Numbered from the stretch's first letter, positions 13,354 to 27,094 are shown. The stretch is DNA of 64,000 nucleotides from Utricularia gibba (GCA_002189035.1 CM007991.1:3162001-3226000); one strand, 5' to 3'. Made by a program: numbers and translations. Notes: generated by a model from the letters alone, not told the origin.

Positions 13354-16300
13354 TCAGGGTAGAGTTTTCAACTGATTTATTAACCTTTGTGCGGTTTCAA
13401 GTTTCTCACTGAGCTGCTTGATGTTGTCGAGGGATTTAACTGAGGATTCCGTGGAGCTCAGATCAGTGGCAATGGCTGCACACTTCATCTTAGAATCCAA
13501 AAGTGTCTCTTCCAGAGAAACAACAATCGACTCCATGGTTGAACTCCGAGCGTTGGCCGAGGATGAGCCAAGCAATCCTGTGCCCCTGCTCATCTTTTCC
13601 GGGGTAAAAATTCTGTCCAAACTTCCAGTTCCTGGACGAGATCCTTCAAGTTTGATCAGTTGGGATCAGGGTAAAACAGGCAAATGGTTATGTAGCCGAA
13701 CCATGGCTGGAACATACCTAAGTTGCTCAGTTGGCTGATTGCAGCTGGTCCTAGAGATCCTTCGAGTTTGAGAATTCTAAGGAAACCAGCTGCTATTCGA
13801 CCGGCAGATTCCACCTCTGAGTTGAGCAGGCGATAAATATGGTGTAGCTCATCTCTTTTCACCATTGCCTCGATCTACCAAGCATCCATGGAATTTAGAT
13901 CGTTGCTAAGTAAAAAAAGCAATCTGTGAAAGCACAAAGGGCTCGGCCAGTGTTTACCGGTTCATCAACAGAGAATTTCAAGTTCTCGACAACCCAACCA
14001 GTGGCATCAGCAAATCCATCTTCAGAAGTCACAATATCCGCAGCCACATTAACTCCCTGCCTTCGGCCAACCGCTTGTTCCTCTATCTTGTGAACATCCG
14101 CAGACTCCTGACTAGCTACTGGCTTTAGAATCTGCAGATTGTCCATGCCAATCTGCAAGCATTTTGACAACGCAGTGTCTATCAAAATTTGTGTTAAGTG
14201 GTAGATTCCAGTCAAAATTTGGTGAATCATGATGGTAAAGCTGATCACAGAGCAAGCGAATCAGAAACATATGAAACCAAGTTCTCACAGTGATCAATTC
14301 GATGGGATATTTTTCCTTCCCACTTGATCTAGACTTGCCAACTGCTGCATCAGCTGAGCTGCTTTTGGCTTTAACCTGCAAGCATCCAAATGTTGCATGC
14401 CAGCTTCTTTCTTCTCTGTAGGAGCGTCCATAACTATGAGAATTGAAGCCGTTTGACACCTCCCGTGCACCTTCTAATGCAAATAACCAGTCTTTCAGTT
14501 CGACTGATACATCTATGTCATCTGGTGCACTGAGATGCAACGGGTTGCTGTTTCCACCTACACATTGAAGAATAAAAGCCACAACTACGTAAGAAACGAG
14601 TTTGCAGAAACTAAAACAATATTCTCATCAACTTTGTACTTCTGAAAAGAAGCTGAGTCTGGTGTATAATAAGGACATACCCTGTCTAGATTCGTCAATG
14701 GCATGAGGCGATGCTTTGAACAGCTTTGACAAAGGGCCATCAGCTAAATGTTTCAGTCCCCTGGTAAGATTCTCCCCTGGTCCACCACCAGGGCCGAAAA
14801 TGCCGAATCTGTGGAGTAAAGATTCAGCATAGTTCATCCCACCACCGAGGCGTACACCAGAAACACAGGCTGATACGCTTAAGCTATGGCATTCAATATC
14901 CTGTGCACTATATGGAATCACATGGACCACGGATACATTCAGAAAAGGTTCTGTAACCGAACCATTCTTCAGTTGAGATATTGTACTATCTCGAATCCAA
15001 AGAACAGCTCTTAACCCATTGCTCTGTGTTGAATCTAGTTCGTCATATCTATTTTCAACCCTGAAATCATTTAAGGTGTCAGCACAATGCACCTCAATTC
15101 TCTCCCACCGCAAAGTGGATGAAAATACCATTGCACCTCCCAGGGTTCTATGGCCAACTTTGATCGATAAATCATCACCCTTGAAACAAACAAGCGGTAC
15201 ACCTTGATCAGCTGATGAAGATTCCAAGAATCTTAGCTGCAGATCCCCAACAGCTAGAGTTACAGAAGTGTCACCAGGAGCTTTAACCATACTATTTCCA
15301 CTGTCACATTTGTATCCTCCTTCAGGTACATTGCAGTTTTTTCCTAAAAGAGTTATTCTTTCACTAACCTTACCAAAATATGTGTATAGGCTGAGGACGA
15401 AAAAAAGCTGTTCAACAGAAGTATCGGAAATATATTTTTGACACGAAAGCCCTAATCTAACAACCCCTTCTGGAGGTGGAATGGTAGATAATGGTTTTCC
15501 ATCTGCTGTCACCATAGCTAGCTCAAAAGAAATCCCTTCCATTTCAATGCACCTCCACAAACCCTGATCATGATCTCCTCTAGTTAAGGAATCGTTAGTT
15601 TGAAGGAACAAAATAATTGAAGAAGCTCCAACAGTTAATTTCTTCTGGCTGGCATCAATAGGCTGGTTTTTCCAAAGACAGAAGCACACAGGATCCTTCT
15701 CAAGGTTCAACAAATTCATTTTTAAGGAAGGCGATTGGGAGAGAATCAAATCTCTGATGTGAAGCCTTGCTCCACCAAAGGAACATTCAGATGGCATGTC
15801 GAGGCTTCTGGATTGAAACTCCAGTCGCTCTGCTGCTAGTGGAACTGTAACGTCTAAACCATTAAGTTTAAAGACAAGAGAACGTATGGAGAAGTCCGGA
15901 AGCACAGAACCACCATCAACTGTAATTCCATCCGCCAAAAAAGAAGCTATCCTTAGGCATGACTCTTCTTGTAGATGAATCTGTAACCGAAAGGAACCTA
16001 GCTCAGAGTTCATCAGATACATATTTCTATTGAGGAAAATACTGCATGTTTACCATCAATGGCTGACAATCTACAACAGTTTTTGAAGCAAAAAACGGTG
16101 GGTTTGGTGTGGGGAGTAGCTGGAGAAGATGAAGGCTGATCATTGGGGTACCAAAATTTTGTCTCCACTTCTCATCACCTAGAGGATATATAGGAGGGCA
16201 GAAATCCTTACCTATATGAACAGTGGCATATTAGTATAGATCACCATCACGGGTAGATGATTAAAAGATGAACTAAAATTATGCTGACTCGTGATCTATG

Positions 16301-19300
16301 GAGTTACCGAAATCAGGAATATTTGAGGTGTTAGTTGACGCATCCTGCATCGATGGTTGAACCAGTGTGCATGTAGGACGTGAAAATGTATCTCTTCAAT
16401 TTATTCAACATATATGAACACCATAAACAAAGAAAGTCTGAGTCAGAAGTGCAAGAGAAGAAAAATCATAAAAATACTAATTACATAACAGATTCTTGAT
16501 TCATTCCATTCAAACCACATTTTTTGCTAACAGTACACGCACCGGTTGAAGGGATTTATTTATTTTCAAGAACAAGTGCTAAGCATCTGAAATGTGTTAG
16601 AAAGGGAAAAAAGGATGCATGTCATGATCAAGCCCCAGAAAGGTTATGGTTTCAACGGCAATAGTGAAGACCCATTCCCATTAACTGAGCCCATATAAAC
16701 TCAGTGAATTATAGAGAGAGGGTCAATACCCTTTCCTTAAAAACTCCATTTCCTGGGGAGAGCGTGCTAGCACATGTTATTTGTTTACCTTAAAAAAAAT
16801 CCACCGATCATAACACGAGTCAAGCATTGGACTTTCCCTCCATCAGAATTACTTGCCTACATAGAGAATCATTGGGATTCATTATAGCAGAAAACTGCAT
16901 TTGAAGCTTGAATAGATGAACACTAGTATGCATCCTGAAATATATTTTGTGTTCTTAAAATTAATTACATATGTACCCGTGAGAAGAATAGCGATTGCAT
17001 CAGAAGCTCGAGCTGGAATTCTGGAATAGGAAAAACAAAATAAAATCACTCGCAATGAATGGGTGCAAAGGCATTGAATCAAGCGACAAAACAATCTATG
17101 TTCCTATATTTCTCTGGCACAAAGTGGTATCCAACAAGTCAAATGAGGAAAGAAATAGATGATTGAAGTTTTATTGTTAGAGTGATCACAAAAATATGTG
17201 GAGTTCAAAATGCACACCAGTATCCTTTATGCACACGAATACATGATCCACCATTACTGAGACTAAAGAACGGCCAGCTGCTTCTGCAAGCTTTTGAAAG
17301 GAACAAAAACATGCTCTCAGTACAATATTTCAGTCACAAATAGCATCAACTTATGCAATTGTAGAGAAATGTTCATATATATTACAAAAATCAAAGCAGC
17401 CATACCTGCTGAGTGTTTGGATTCACATCTCCCCTATTTATGCAGATGTTAAATCCGGTAAAGAAACGTAGAAGAGCTCGTAAACCTGAAAATTTTCAAT
17501 ATTTCTGTAAAACAGATATGATCCAAGAAGGGCACACTTAATGAAAAAATAAAAACCAGATAGCATTGCCTGGTTCACTTAAGGCGGGGCAAACAGCTTC
17601 TGTGATATGCAACTGAACTTCAAGCCCTACTGGACTATTTTGAGTGGTTCTTTGAATGGTAATCTGACAATTACACACTTGTTAATATCGTAGACCCTAT
17701 ATATGTCTCTCTATGATCCACAGGATAGTTGTCAATAAGCGGGAAAATAAGGGAATTAGAGCATGCATAGAAAGTGAAACATACGAAGGCCTCTCCAGTG
17801 ATCCCATCAACAAATCGCTCCCCACCAAAAAACACTCGCTTGGCACCATGCTTGTCTTTCAGATTATGTCCTTTCGTGTTTGCAAAGTTCGCATCAGTAA
17901 ACATATCTGGGTGAGGTAGGAGGTCAATTGACAAATTTTCCCATTCAAGTTTCTGTAAATCACAAGAGGAGGAATTATCTAATATCAGAGAAACAACATG
18001 TTACAGACTAACTGAGCTCTGTTTCATCATGCGGGATATGATTTCTGATTACATGCTAATCTTGGATAGGGCTACATAGGAGTTCTTACCTTAAATACAT
18101 AAATGAACTTCTTGTCATTTGAAAAGTCTCTCGCTTCCTTGAGATTCACAACCTGCCAGAGATTGAATTGATGAACAAAAAATAACCTGCACATGGATTT
18201 CATGCAATAAACTGTAGGTAAAGGCTAAATCGGTTGAACCTGCCAATACTCGTTTGTTGTATAGAGAAGAAGGTTACGCATAGTGATGGAGGCCATTGGA
18301 GATGCCCTGTTAAAGAGCAATCATGAGTATAGATATCAATCTTGGAATCAGGATGCATCAATCAAAGTTAAAGAAGGTTGAGCAACTATTAGAAAGCTTC
18401 ATATGTGCAGGAACAGCAACCGGATGCTGTTCAAAGTCATGCATAGCAGAGCACGTAGTTGTAGTTTTTCAGAACTAAAACGTGGAAACACTTACCACGC
18501 TGCACCCCCCTAGATTGTATTCCCCCATGAGTTTCAAGTAACAGATTCACAGTACCAACGTGTATGGTCATTCCATCTGCAATCTAGAAATAAAAATCTC
18601 TGCTTTGACGCCGTAGAAATGGTAGCTCGTGTGCACAAACAAATGCAAGGAACGTAATAGGAAAATGATTTGCCAACTAACCTTGTCAGCAAATCCATAA
18701 CCATTGGCTTTAGCAGAGCTAGTTGACGATGCAACACTGCTGTAAGAATTCATAAAGTGAGCTGTGTAACAATGGAGAACTGCATTCTGAAGCAGGGTAT
18801 TTTTACCCCTTGATGTTTTACCTGTTTGGGACGCTAGCCGCATCAGCTTCAGCATTTTCCTCCAAAACTATATCAAGCCTATCAATCTGAACAACTATTG
18901 GTTCTACTTGAACATTGCTCAATGAGGGAAGCTTCAAATACGAAACAGAACAAAGATCAACTCTCAAACAGAAACTGAACACCAGATTAAAACAAAGCTT
19001 CATTCCAAAAACAGTAAAAGTTTGACTTTATTACTAAAAAGTCAGAGAAACTCACGATTATCTCCAATTTGCCTACTCTGGCGGTTGTCACGTTCAGTGC
19101 CGGAGGTAAACCAAGACTCGCATGCAGTGATTCTCCATTTATATCTATCACAAAAGACACAGAGATTAATGCACGCTATTAGCCGATCGATACAATGAAG
19201 AACACAAAGAAACGATGATCAAGGTTCATCTCAATTAAATCTGAAGTAACCTAAATTCGAAAGCTGCGCAGCTCGCCCCTGCAGCTTGAACTGATCTCTG

Positions 19301-19362
19301 TTGAATGATTTCAACCAATACTTGAGTGTGTACTCCAAAGCTCGCGCCAAGATTGACTCCAT
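13354..19362 (-). CDS. Chorein-N / UHRF1BP1 (BLTP3)-like bridge lipid-transfer protein; 1-nt frameshift near 18505-18510; one GC-AG intron
   Basis: Start MESILARALEYTLKYWLKSFNRDQFKLQG, then EPIVVQIDRLDIVLEE, NGYGFADKIADGMT, KLEWENLSIDLLPHPDMF, EAVCPALSEPGLRALLRF, IHLQEESCLRIASFLADG, GVRLGGGMNYAESLLHRFGI and a C-terminal coiled coil. About 18 exons traced. Confidence 0.92.
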
Positions 19363-20299
19363 CGCAGCTAGCACTCCCCGCCACCCACTAACACTTCGCC
19401 GGAGACAGATTCAACTGGCGGCTCCGCAAAATTAAAAAAATAAAACATAAAACACCAAACTCGATCCCCAACCCAGTTTTAATCAGCAATGCAGGTAGGC
19501 CGGCGCGCGATTCACTTCAACATAATTGTAGGAGAGTTTTGCATCCAGTTTGAGAAAACCAGGATGAGGTCGCCGTACCACGCTCCATCTACGCGCGTTT
19601 CCCCACTACCCACATGTTTAGGGGAGCCCACTTGCTTGAATCCAACCACGGTGAAAATGGGTTTTGACGGCCAAGAAAGGGACGACACTTTCGGCGGCGC
19701 TGCCCTCTTGAATTTCCGTTAAGTTGGGTAAAAAACCAGGGGACATAAAAAGAAATATTCGTGGGACACATGTAGGCATGATAGTTCGAGGTCGCGCTTG
19801 TTTCTTCTTCTTCCTCTTCTAGATGATGATCATTACAGGTCTTCCTCTTCTAGTGTTTTCTCCCCTTTTCTCTCTCCCTGAAACCTGCATACATGAACAG
19901 TTTATTTGGCTTCCCTGCCACCATTTTCCGAGTCAGGCGCTTGGCTGAAAGACTTTCCCTTTCCAGTAGTTCACAGGGAAATATATACATCAGAAAAGTT
20001 TTTTGAGTTGAATTTGTTGTTGGATTCCTTTACCCTACTTTATCTCTGAATCTCACGGAATTGTATATTAGACGTCCGTTTGGGATTCTTCCGTGAACTT
20101 GCGGGATTCATTACTGGTAGCCATTTTGAAGAAGCAAGCCCATTGAATTAGTAACGTTTTTAAGATGAGTTTGAACTTTGGTTGAAGAAGGAACCAAAGC
20201 AACAATTTTTTCCCGTGACTTCGAAGCAACACGGGTGGCGGCCTCCTCCTTGAAGTATATGCTTTGGGGGGTTTCTGGTTTGGTTTCTATTCTGTTGGA

Positions 20300-23200
20300 A
20301 TGAGGTATGAGGACCAGAAAACCGGTGAGCCATCACCGCCGACTCGGTCCAGCCGAAGTAGTTCCGGGCTCATACCGCAATCTTTCAGAAGTCTTTCGAG
20401 GATTGTTTCCTCAGGAGCATCATCGGTTGCATCCACCGTGAGGACTGCTGCATCTGCAGCTTTGAGGGATGTTGAAACTAATCATGATGAGGTGATTTAT
20501 CTGGATAATTCATTTTTTTGGATTACCAATTGTGCTCAATTGTAACCGGTTTCTGTTTTAAAGGTCTCATGGGCTGGATTTGACAAGCTGCAACTGGAAA
20601 AAGGTGTGGAAAGGCAGGTTCTTTTGCTTGGCTTTCACCATGGGTTTCAGGTTTGGGATGTCCAAGTTGCAAATAATGTTTGCAAACTAGCCTCTCGGCA
20701 TGATACAGCAACTTCGTTTATGCAAATGCAACCGATTCCCTGTACTAGTTCCAAATCCAGAGATATGTTTTCACACAGTCGCCCCTTGTTAATTGTCTGT
20801 GGAACTGTATCTGTGAATGAGGATGAAATTACTCAGGAGAGGGAATGCATGCAAGAGTTGATAAATGGGGGTCATATGCCCACTACAGTTTTGTTCTATT
20901 CATTGAAGTCACGATCCTATGTACATCTTTTGAGGTTTAGATCAGCTGTTCATTTGGTCAGATGCAGCTGCCGCATAGTTGCTGTTTTGCAATCAGCTCA
21001 GGTATGATTAGTGTAATAACTACTGTATGTGTTTCTTTCACTCATTAGGAGCTAGGGCCATGGTTTACATTTTATCCTCCTGGTGGAAATGGCCTCAATA
21101 GAGGGTTCGGTTCTGCAACTTTTTGTACAACCGAGCACTGAATATTTGGCTTCTGATTTTGCCTTACCAATGTATTTGTACAGATACATTGTCTGAATCC
21201 CGCTACATTGGAGACAGAATATACTATCCTTACAAATCCTGTAACACCTGGATGTCATGGATCTGGGAACATAGGATTAGGACCACTTGCCGTGGGGTCT
21301 AGATGGATGGCTTATTCTGGGAGTCCTGTCGTTGCTACAAGTATGAGTCGTGTGAGCCCACAGCACCTCACACCTTCACGTAGTTCCCCAGTTCCCACAT
21401 CAAGTGGAAACACCGTTTCCCAGTATGCAAAAGAGACTAGCAAACAACTAGCAGCTGGAATTGCCACTTTAGGTGACATGGGATACAAGAAGCTCTGGAG
21501 ATACTACGCTGATCTGTTGCCTGATGGCAAGGATGGCCTTTCAGGAACTGCATACAGTGGATTTGCTGGGCGTTCTTCAGATGCTGACAATGTTGGCATG
21601 GTAAAGATATTCCTCACCATCAAATGCCTTTCTTTTTTTTTTGACAAGAACCCACTTCTATAGACTTCCTTAGTGGAAACAAACTGCAACTTGCTTAGTT
21701 TTGATATGAAACCATGTCCTTTCTTGTTGCTGGTGGCCAAACTTCAATCATTTTTTATAGTTCTTAATCCCAATGTTGTCATTTTTTCGCCTGGTGATAT
21801 ATCAATTTTTTTGTTAGGTAATTGTCAGGGACATTGTCCAGAAAACTGTCATTGCACAATTTCAGGCACATAAAAGTCCTATATCTGCATTGTGCTTTGA
21901 TCCAAGTGGCACCCTTTTGGTAACCGCTTCAGTTCACGGTCACAACATAAATGTTTTTCGAATAATGCCAGGACAATCTGGTGACTGCACAGGAGCTTCT
22001 TCTTTACCATCCTGTGCCCATCTTTACCAGCTGCAACGAGGTTTCACGAATGCTGTAAGACTATGTTCTGGCTGATGAGTGCCTTCTGCGTCTTATCAAA
22101 TCTGATGTTTTAAGTTGCTGCATCAGGTGATACACGACATATGTTTCAGTAATGACAGCCAATGGATTTTGATTAGTTCCTCTAGGGGAACCAGCCATCT
22201 TTTTGCTGTTTCTCCATCTGGTGGAATGGGTAGTTTTCAGTCAGCTCATGCTTTTCCCAACCCGACTCCAGGTGGAACTGGCACTGTGGCAAAGCCTGCA
22301 TCTCCAAGGCCATCAAATTCTGGATTGCAGGTGCTGACTCCATGGAGTAGTTGTGTGTGTGATTCACCCATCACCCTGGTTCCTGTCAGCCGAATAAGGA
22401 ATGGAAATAGGGTATGGAGAAATACAGCGAATGCTGCTGCAAATGGGCGGTTGGCTTCTTCTTCAGGTGCTATTGCATCAGCATTTCAAAGTTGGGAAGG
22501 CAATGATCTCCACGGCGACATGAAGAAAAACTATTACCTTCTTGTGTTCTCTCCAACGGGATGTGTGATACAGTATGCATTGCGGTTTTCTTCGGCTGAT
22601 GGTGTTAGAAGTTCCCCTTTAGCGACCTTTGCAAGGGAAACAAGGCCTAACCATGATGGGGTAGTAATAGTTGAAGCAACTCAGAAATGGAATATTTCCC
22701 AAAAGCGAAATCGCAAGGATCAAGAAGATGACACAGACATGTATGGAGAGAATGGAGTTCCCAGCAGCAGCAGTAAAGTACACCCCCATAGCTTGAAATA
22801 TGAAAATAAGTTGTCCTCTGAATCCCTTACTTCAACTACCCAAGAAAAGAGCAATGTGTATATATCCGAAGCTGAGCTTCAAATTCATCAAAGCTCCAAT
22901 CCTCTTTGGTTGCGATTTGAGGTACTTTAACGCTTCCATAATATTATCATGGATGCGGTATGAACAATATCCTCTTTTTCTTACATATGTTTCATCCATC
23001 AGCAGATGTATTTTCAGTTGCTGCTGAGCTGCTACTCTGACGGAGACGAACAAGCTTATTCTTGGGGAGAAATTGAGATCGAAAAGCTCCCTGTTCATAC
23101 ACTGGAACCAAGCTCCAAGGAACTGTTTCCAGTTTACAGTCCTCTGCATGCCCCATCATTTCAACAGGGAAGGTGTGTGTGCTCACGTGATTCTATGGAT

Positions 23201-23440
23201 ATGATCTCTCTCCATACGCTCCCTTCAATGTTTCTGCTCTTTTGCACTTCCTGCCCTAAGCCTTCGCTCTGTTACAGGGTCGCTGTCAGAACACACAACC
23301 ATGGTGGACACTTTCAGCCAAGCGGGCTGGACACTGCTGGATCTACCAAGCTTTCCAGTAGGCATAGATCAGGTTCCATAGACTCCCTGTCCACCGGCAG
23401 TGCAGATAACGCAATGGACAGTGGACAGGAGGAAGACTGA
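20300..23440 (+). CDS. ATG18f: Autophagy-related protein 18f-like (PROPPIN WD40 plus BCAS3 domain)
   Basis: WAGFDKL, QVLLLGF..GFQVWDV, GLGPLAVGSRWMAYSGSP, IAQFQAHKSPISALCFDPSGTLLVTASVHGHNINVFRIMP, YQLQRGFTNA, SSRGTSHLFA, YISEAELQIH, GEIEIEK; GT-AG introns in frame. Confidence 0.92.
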
Positions 23441-24215
23441 GCAGTTCCTCTCTGTGAATACTTGTGAAGATGCGAGGCAGCTCAAGAATGTAAATAATAT
23501 TGATAGCCAAAATGGCTCTGTACAAAGTACAGATGGCGCCCTAGAGGCGGGAAACTTGGGGGAACGTTACAGAAACCTCCGATGACAGGCCTGCAACTCC
23601 AACATCACATTCCATAGTCGTCGTGCAGGGAAGATCAAGTCAGTGTGTTGCTTCGATTGTTGTCAAGTGTGCAGTCTTGTAAGTGATTTTTCATTCTGCA
23701 ACTCCGAATGCAGAGTGATGCTGTGTACGTACGCGAGGAGGGTAGGTTCCTCATGCGTGTCCTATAGTAAATGAAACCCACTTCGTGAAACTTAAAGTAG
23801 CTGCGAGCTTCATTCAACTGGCCACATGCCCAAGCGAACGGCCCCAGCCACCAAACCCTGTCTGAGGATCACTTTCATGGGCGCGCAGGCATTCAGAGGT
23901 CTTGGGCTTGAAGATTGCCAGCCAAGACTTGGAACCCCTATTGGGCTTCCCATTTCTTCACACGCAAAAGGTGAGCGAAACAAGCACCAGTTAGAAAAAA
24001 TAGAACAGTAAGCTACTGGAGAGTGGAGATCAGGTGTAATGATAAATATGGATATTCGTGTGATACAACCACTTGTATGAACAAATTCTCCAAACTACTC
24101 AACTTGAAACCGTTTCCAAGAGGCAAAGACAGAGAGAAGCAACGTTGAGTAGCTAAAATCCAGAGGAAACACAGCAGGGGATGTGGAGCGATCAAAAAAT
24201 ACTATTTTGTAAGAC

Positions 24216-24785
24216 CTAATCTTCATCGCCTGAAGGCTTCGAGGAACCTGTTTTCTTTGGAAGCAAAAGGTTGTGGATGTTGGGCATCACTCCACCATTA
24301 GCAATTGTCACATCACCCAGAAGTTTGCTGAGCTCCTCGTCGTTTCTCACAGCCAATTGTATGTGTCTCGGCACAATTCTCGTCTTCTTGTTGTCCCTCG
24401 CGGCGTTTCCAGCCAATTCAAGAACCTGTTCAGGTAAACGAATTTTTAGCAACGGGAATCGAATGACTTCACAAGGAAACCTAGATTTGAAAATCCAGTT
24501 CAATAAAGAAGGGAAAAGTAACAAACCCTAGATTGATAACGGAATCAAATCGGGGATCAGAATTGCCTAACTTTTCACTGTAAACGGTAAAATTACCTCA
24601 GCGGCAAGGTACTCTAGAACAGCCGCAAGATAAACCGGCGCTCCGGCGCCGACTCGCTCGGCGTACTTCCCGGCCTTGAGGAAACGAGCAATACGACCCA
24701 CCGGAAACTGGAGTCCCGCCTTGGTGCTCCTCGATTGAGCCTTCTTCGCTGCCCCGGAACCGAGAGACTTCCCACGGCCAGCCAT
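24216..24785 (-). CDS. H2A: Histone H2A (canonical plant type, one intron)
   Basis: Exons 24785-24597 and 24425-24216: MAGRGK...[15 protein letters not shown]...YLAAE|[32 protein letters not shown]...LLPKK. Confidence 0.98.
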
Positions 24786-25149
24786 TTGCTAAAACCTCAA
24801 GGAACCAAAGAACTGAAGAATTTCTTTCACGCGGGATATAACAACAGCAACGAGAACGAAGCAATGCGTCTACCAAGCATCGGCCACGGGGTGTATATAT
24901 ACAAGAAATTGTCTAACGCATTTACCAATCAAATTGCATCACGCAGATCGTTATCTCCAGCCGTTGATAACAAACACACTGAACGGTGAAAAAACGATCT
25001 CTGGCTGAGCCACGGATTTACCGCCTGGGTACGGAAAATGACATATATACCCCTCCTCCGTCGTCCCCCGAAAAGCCGCCAAAAGAGGCCGTACATAGAT
25101 ATATAGAATTGCGCGAATGCCCCGGTAACCTGGAAGGCACTTGGCAGCC
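24786..25149. promoter_or_regulatory. 364-bp divergent promoter shared by H2A and LEA14
   Basis: TATA-like TATATA near 24893-24900 (minus orientation), CCAAT near 24924, and TATATA near 25099-25104 (plus). Confidence 0.5.
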
Positions 25150-25632
25150 ATGGATCTATTGAACCACGCGAAGAACGTCGTCGCGCGGAAAATCGCCGAT
25201 ATACCGAAGCCAGAGGCGACGATAACCGACGTCGATTTCAAAGGCTTCGGCCTCAGCGGTACAACTCTACTCGCCAAGGTCGCCGTATTGAATCCGTATT
25301 CAGTTGCGATTCCGATCTGCGAGGTCGCGTACTCGGTAAAGAGCGCCGATCGTCGCGTGACGGAGGGATCGATACCCGATCCTGGATCTCTGACGGCGAA
25401 CGATACGACGGTGTTGGATGTGACGGTGAAGGTGCCACACAGCGCGGTGGCGAGCCTCGTGCGCGACATCGGCGCGGATTGGGATGTCGATTATTTGCTT
25501 GAGTTAGGGCTGATCATCGACCTGCCCGTGATCGGAAACTCTACGATTCCGCTCTCGTACGTGGGTGAAATGAAGCTCCCGACGATCTCCGACTTGTTCT
25601 TCGGGGAGTCGCCGGAAGAAGTCAAGAATTAG
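25150..25632 (+). CDS. LEA14: LEA14 / LEA_2 desiccation protectant protein, intronless
   Basis: KPEATITDVDFK, AKVAVLNPYSVAIPICEVAY, GSIPDPGSL.A...T.LDV.VKVPH, DIGADWDVDY.LELGLIIDLPVIGN.TIPLS..GE.KLPT.SDLF. Confidence 0.95.
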   Translation: MDLLNHAKNVVARKIADIPKPEATITDVDFKGFGLSGTTLLAKVAVLNPYSVAIPICEVAYSVKSADRRVTEGSIPDPGSLTANDTTVLDVTVKVPHSAVASLVRDIGADWDVDYLLELGLIIDLPVIGNSTIPLSYVGEMKLPTISDLFFGESPEEVKN

Positions 25633-26009
25633 GGATCGCAGAAGCATTGAGATCCTTCCCGTCCTTCAGCTTCCCCATGGAACCAGCAGAAATATGTTCA
25701 CAGTTGCAATCATTCTTTTTTGCATGCAATTCTGCTACAGTAGCGATGACGGTACGCGATAGACATTTTGGTGCCAAATAGATTAAATAGAATTGAAATC
25801 ATTATAAATTAATTATTTAAATTTTAAATTCCTATTTTTTTATAAAAATTATTCAATAAAATCCAAAAAATCATAAATTAAGATTGAATCAAATCTAATT
25901 CGACCCCGAGCAATGACTTCAAGTCTCAACAACAAAGTAAAGCGCAAAACCGAATCCAGACAAGGGTGAAGTAAAACCCTAAATTCAGATATATAACAAT
26001 TAAAATATT

Positions 26010-27094
26010 TCACGGCGAGGAACCATGCCACTGGCTCGGCGGAGGGGAGTTGTTCACCGGCGGCAGCGGTGATCTTGGCCTTGCATATTCAGCAAAAATA
26101 ACCCATCCATCCAAGAACTGCACGTCAGATAAAAGAGTATCGTGTCAAAATTCATGCAAAAACCCCCACTTCACACAAGCAGCATTCAGGGAGGATTGTT
26201 CCAGCTTGCTAGTGTCAAATGTAGATTAGATTCATTGAGAATATGATCACACACAAAATAAGGGGAGTGATACAAGCTCCAGTTCAGTTAGACAGGCATT
26301 GCTTAATCATGTTGATCGAGACGAAAAGGTAAAACAACAAACAACCACTGAAGAGGGATGAGATACAGAGTTTGGAGCACAAAATATGCATTCCATACAT
26401 GAAAAAGGAGAAAAAAAAAGTGTTCTTTGACCTGGCCATCCATGCCCTTGATCCCTGCTTCAGCTTCCTCTAATGTAGAATAGTTGACAAAACCAAATCC
26501 TTTGGAGTAGCCAGATACACGATCAGTAACCACTTTGGCTGCGGGACAAAAGGAAGGTTTCATTAGAATAGCCAGTCATCTAATTCTGTCGAACACTTCA
26601 AATAGGAAAAGATCGGACCATGGACTACATTCCCAAACTTGGCGAAGGCGTCACGAAGACCCTCTGTTGTCGTACGCTTGCTCAGCCCTGAAAATCAATG
26701 ATGCAAGAAACGAAAAATTACAAGGGCCAAAGACAAAACTACAAGGGAACCCAAACCATCAATCAGTAGCTACCCAAGTACCAAGAAACGAGCTTTGAAG
26801 ATTGAATTATCACACCAAGCAAAATGAATCCAGAAATTCAGAAAAAAACAAAAAAAAACAAAGAGCCCTTCCATACGCAACTCTTTCCACGCATGATATC
26901 GTTGGGGAAATACGATAAACACGGAAAAAGGTCTTCGGCGTACCAGAAACGAATAGATTGGTGGAAGGGTCTGCCGGAGGAGGCTTCTCGGCTTTAGGCT
27001 GGGGAAGGTTGAACGGGAAGCTCGGTGTAGATGAATAAAAGGCCCTCAACCCGATTCCCATCCCAGAACGCGCTGCCGCCGCTCTCAACGCCAT
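26010..27094 (-). CDS. ORRM2: Organelle RRM domain protein (ORRM2-like, mitochondrial RNA-editing accessory factor)
   Basis: Four exons: transit peptide, then PSTNLFVSG|LSKRTT.EGLR.AF|AKVVTDRVSGYSKGFGFV.Y.TLE|FLDGWVIFAEYARPR; RNP2 and RNP1 present. Confidence 0.88.

Noticed and set aside
24951-25469. 172-aa minus-strand ORF
   Set aside because: Antisense shadow of the GC-rich LEA14 CDS.
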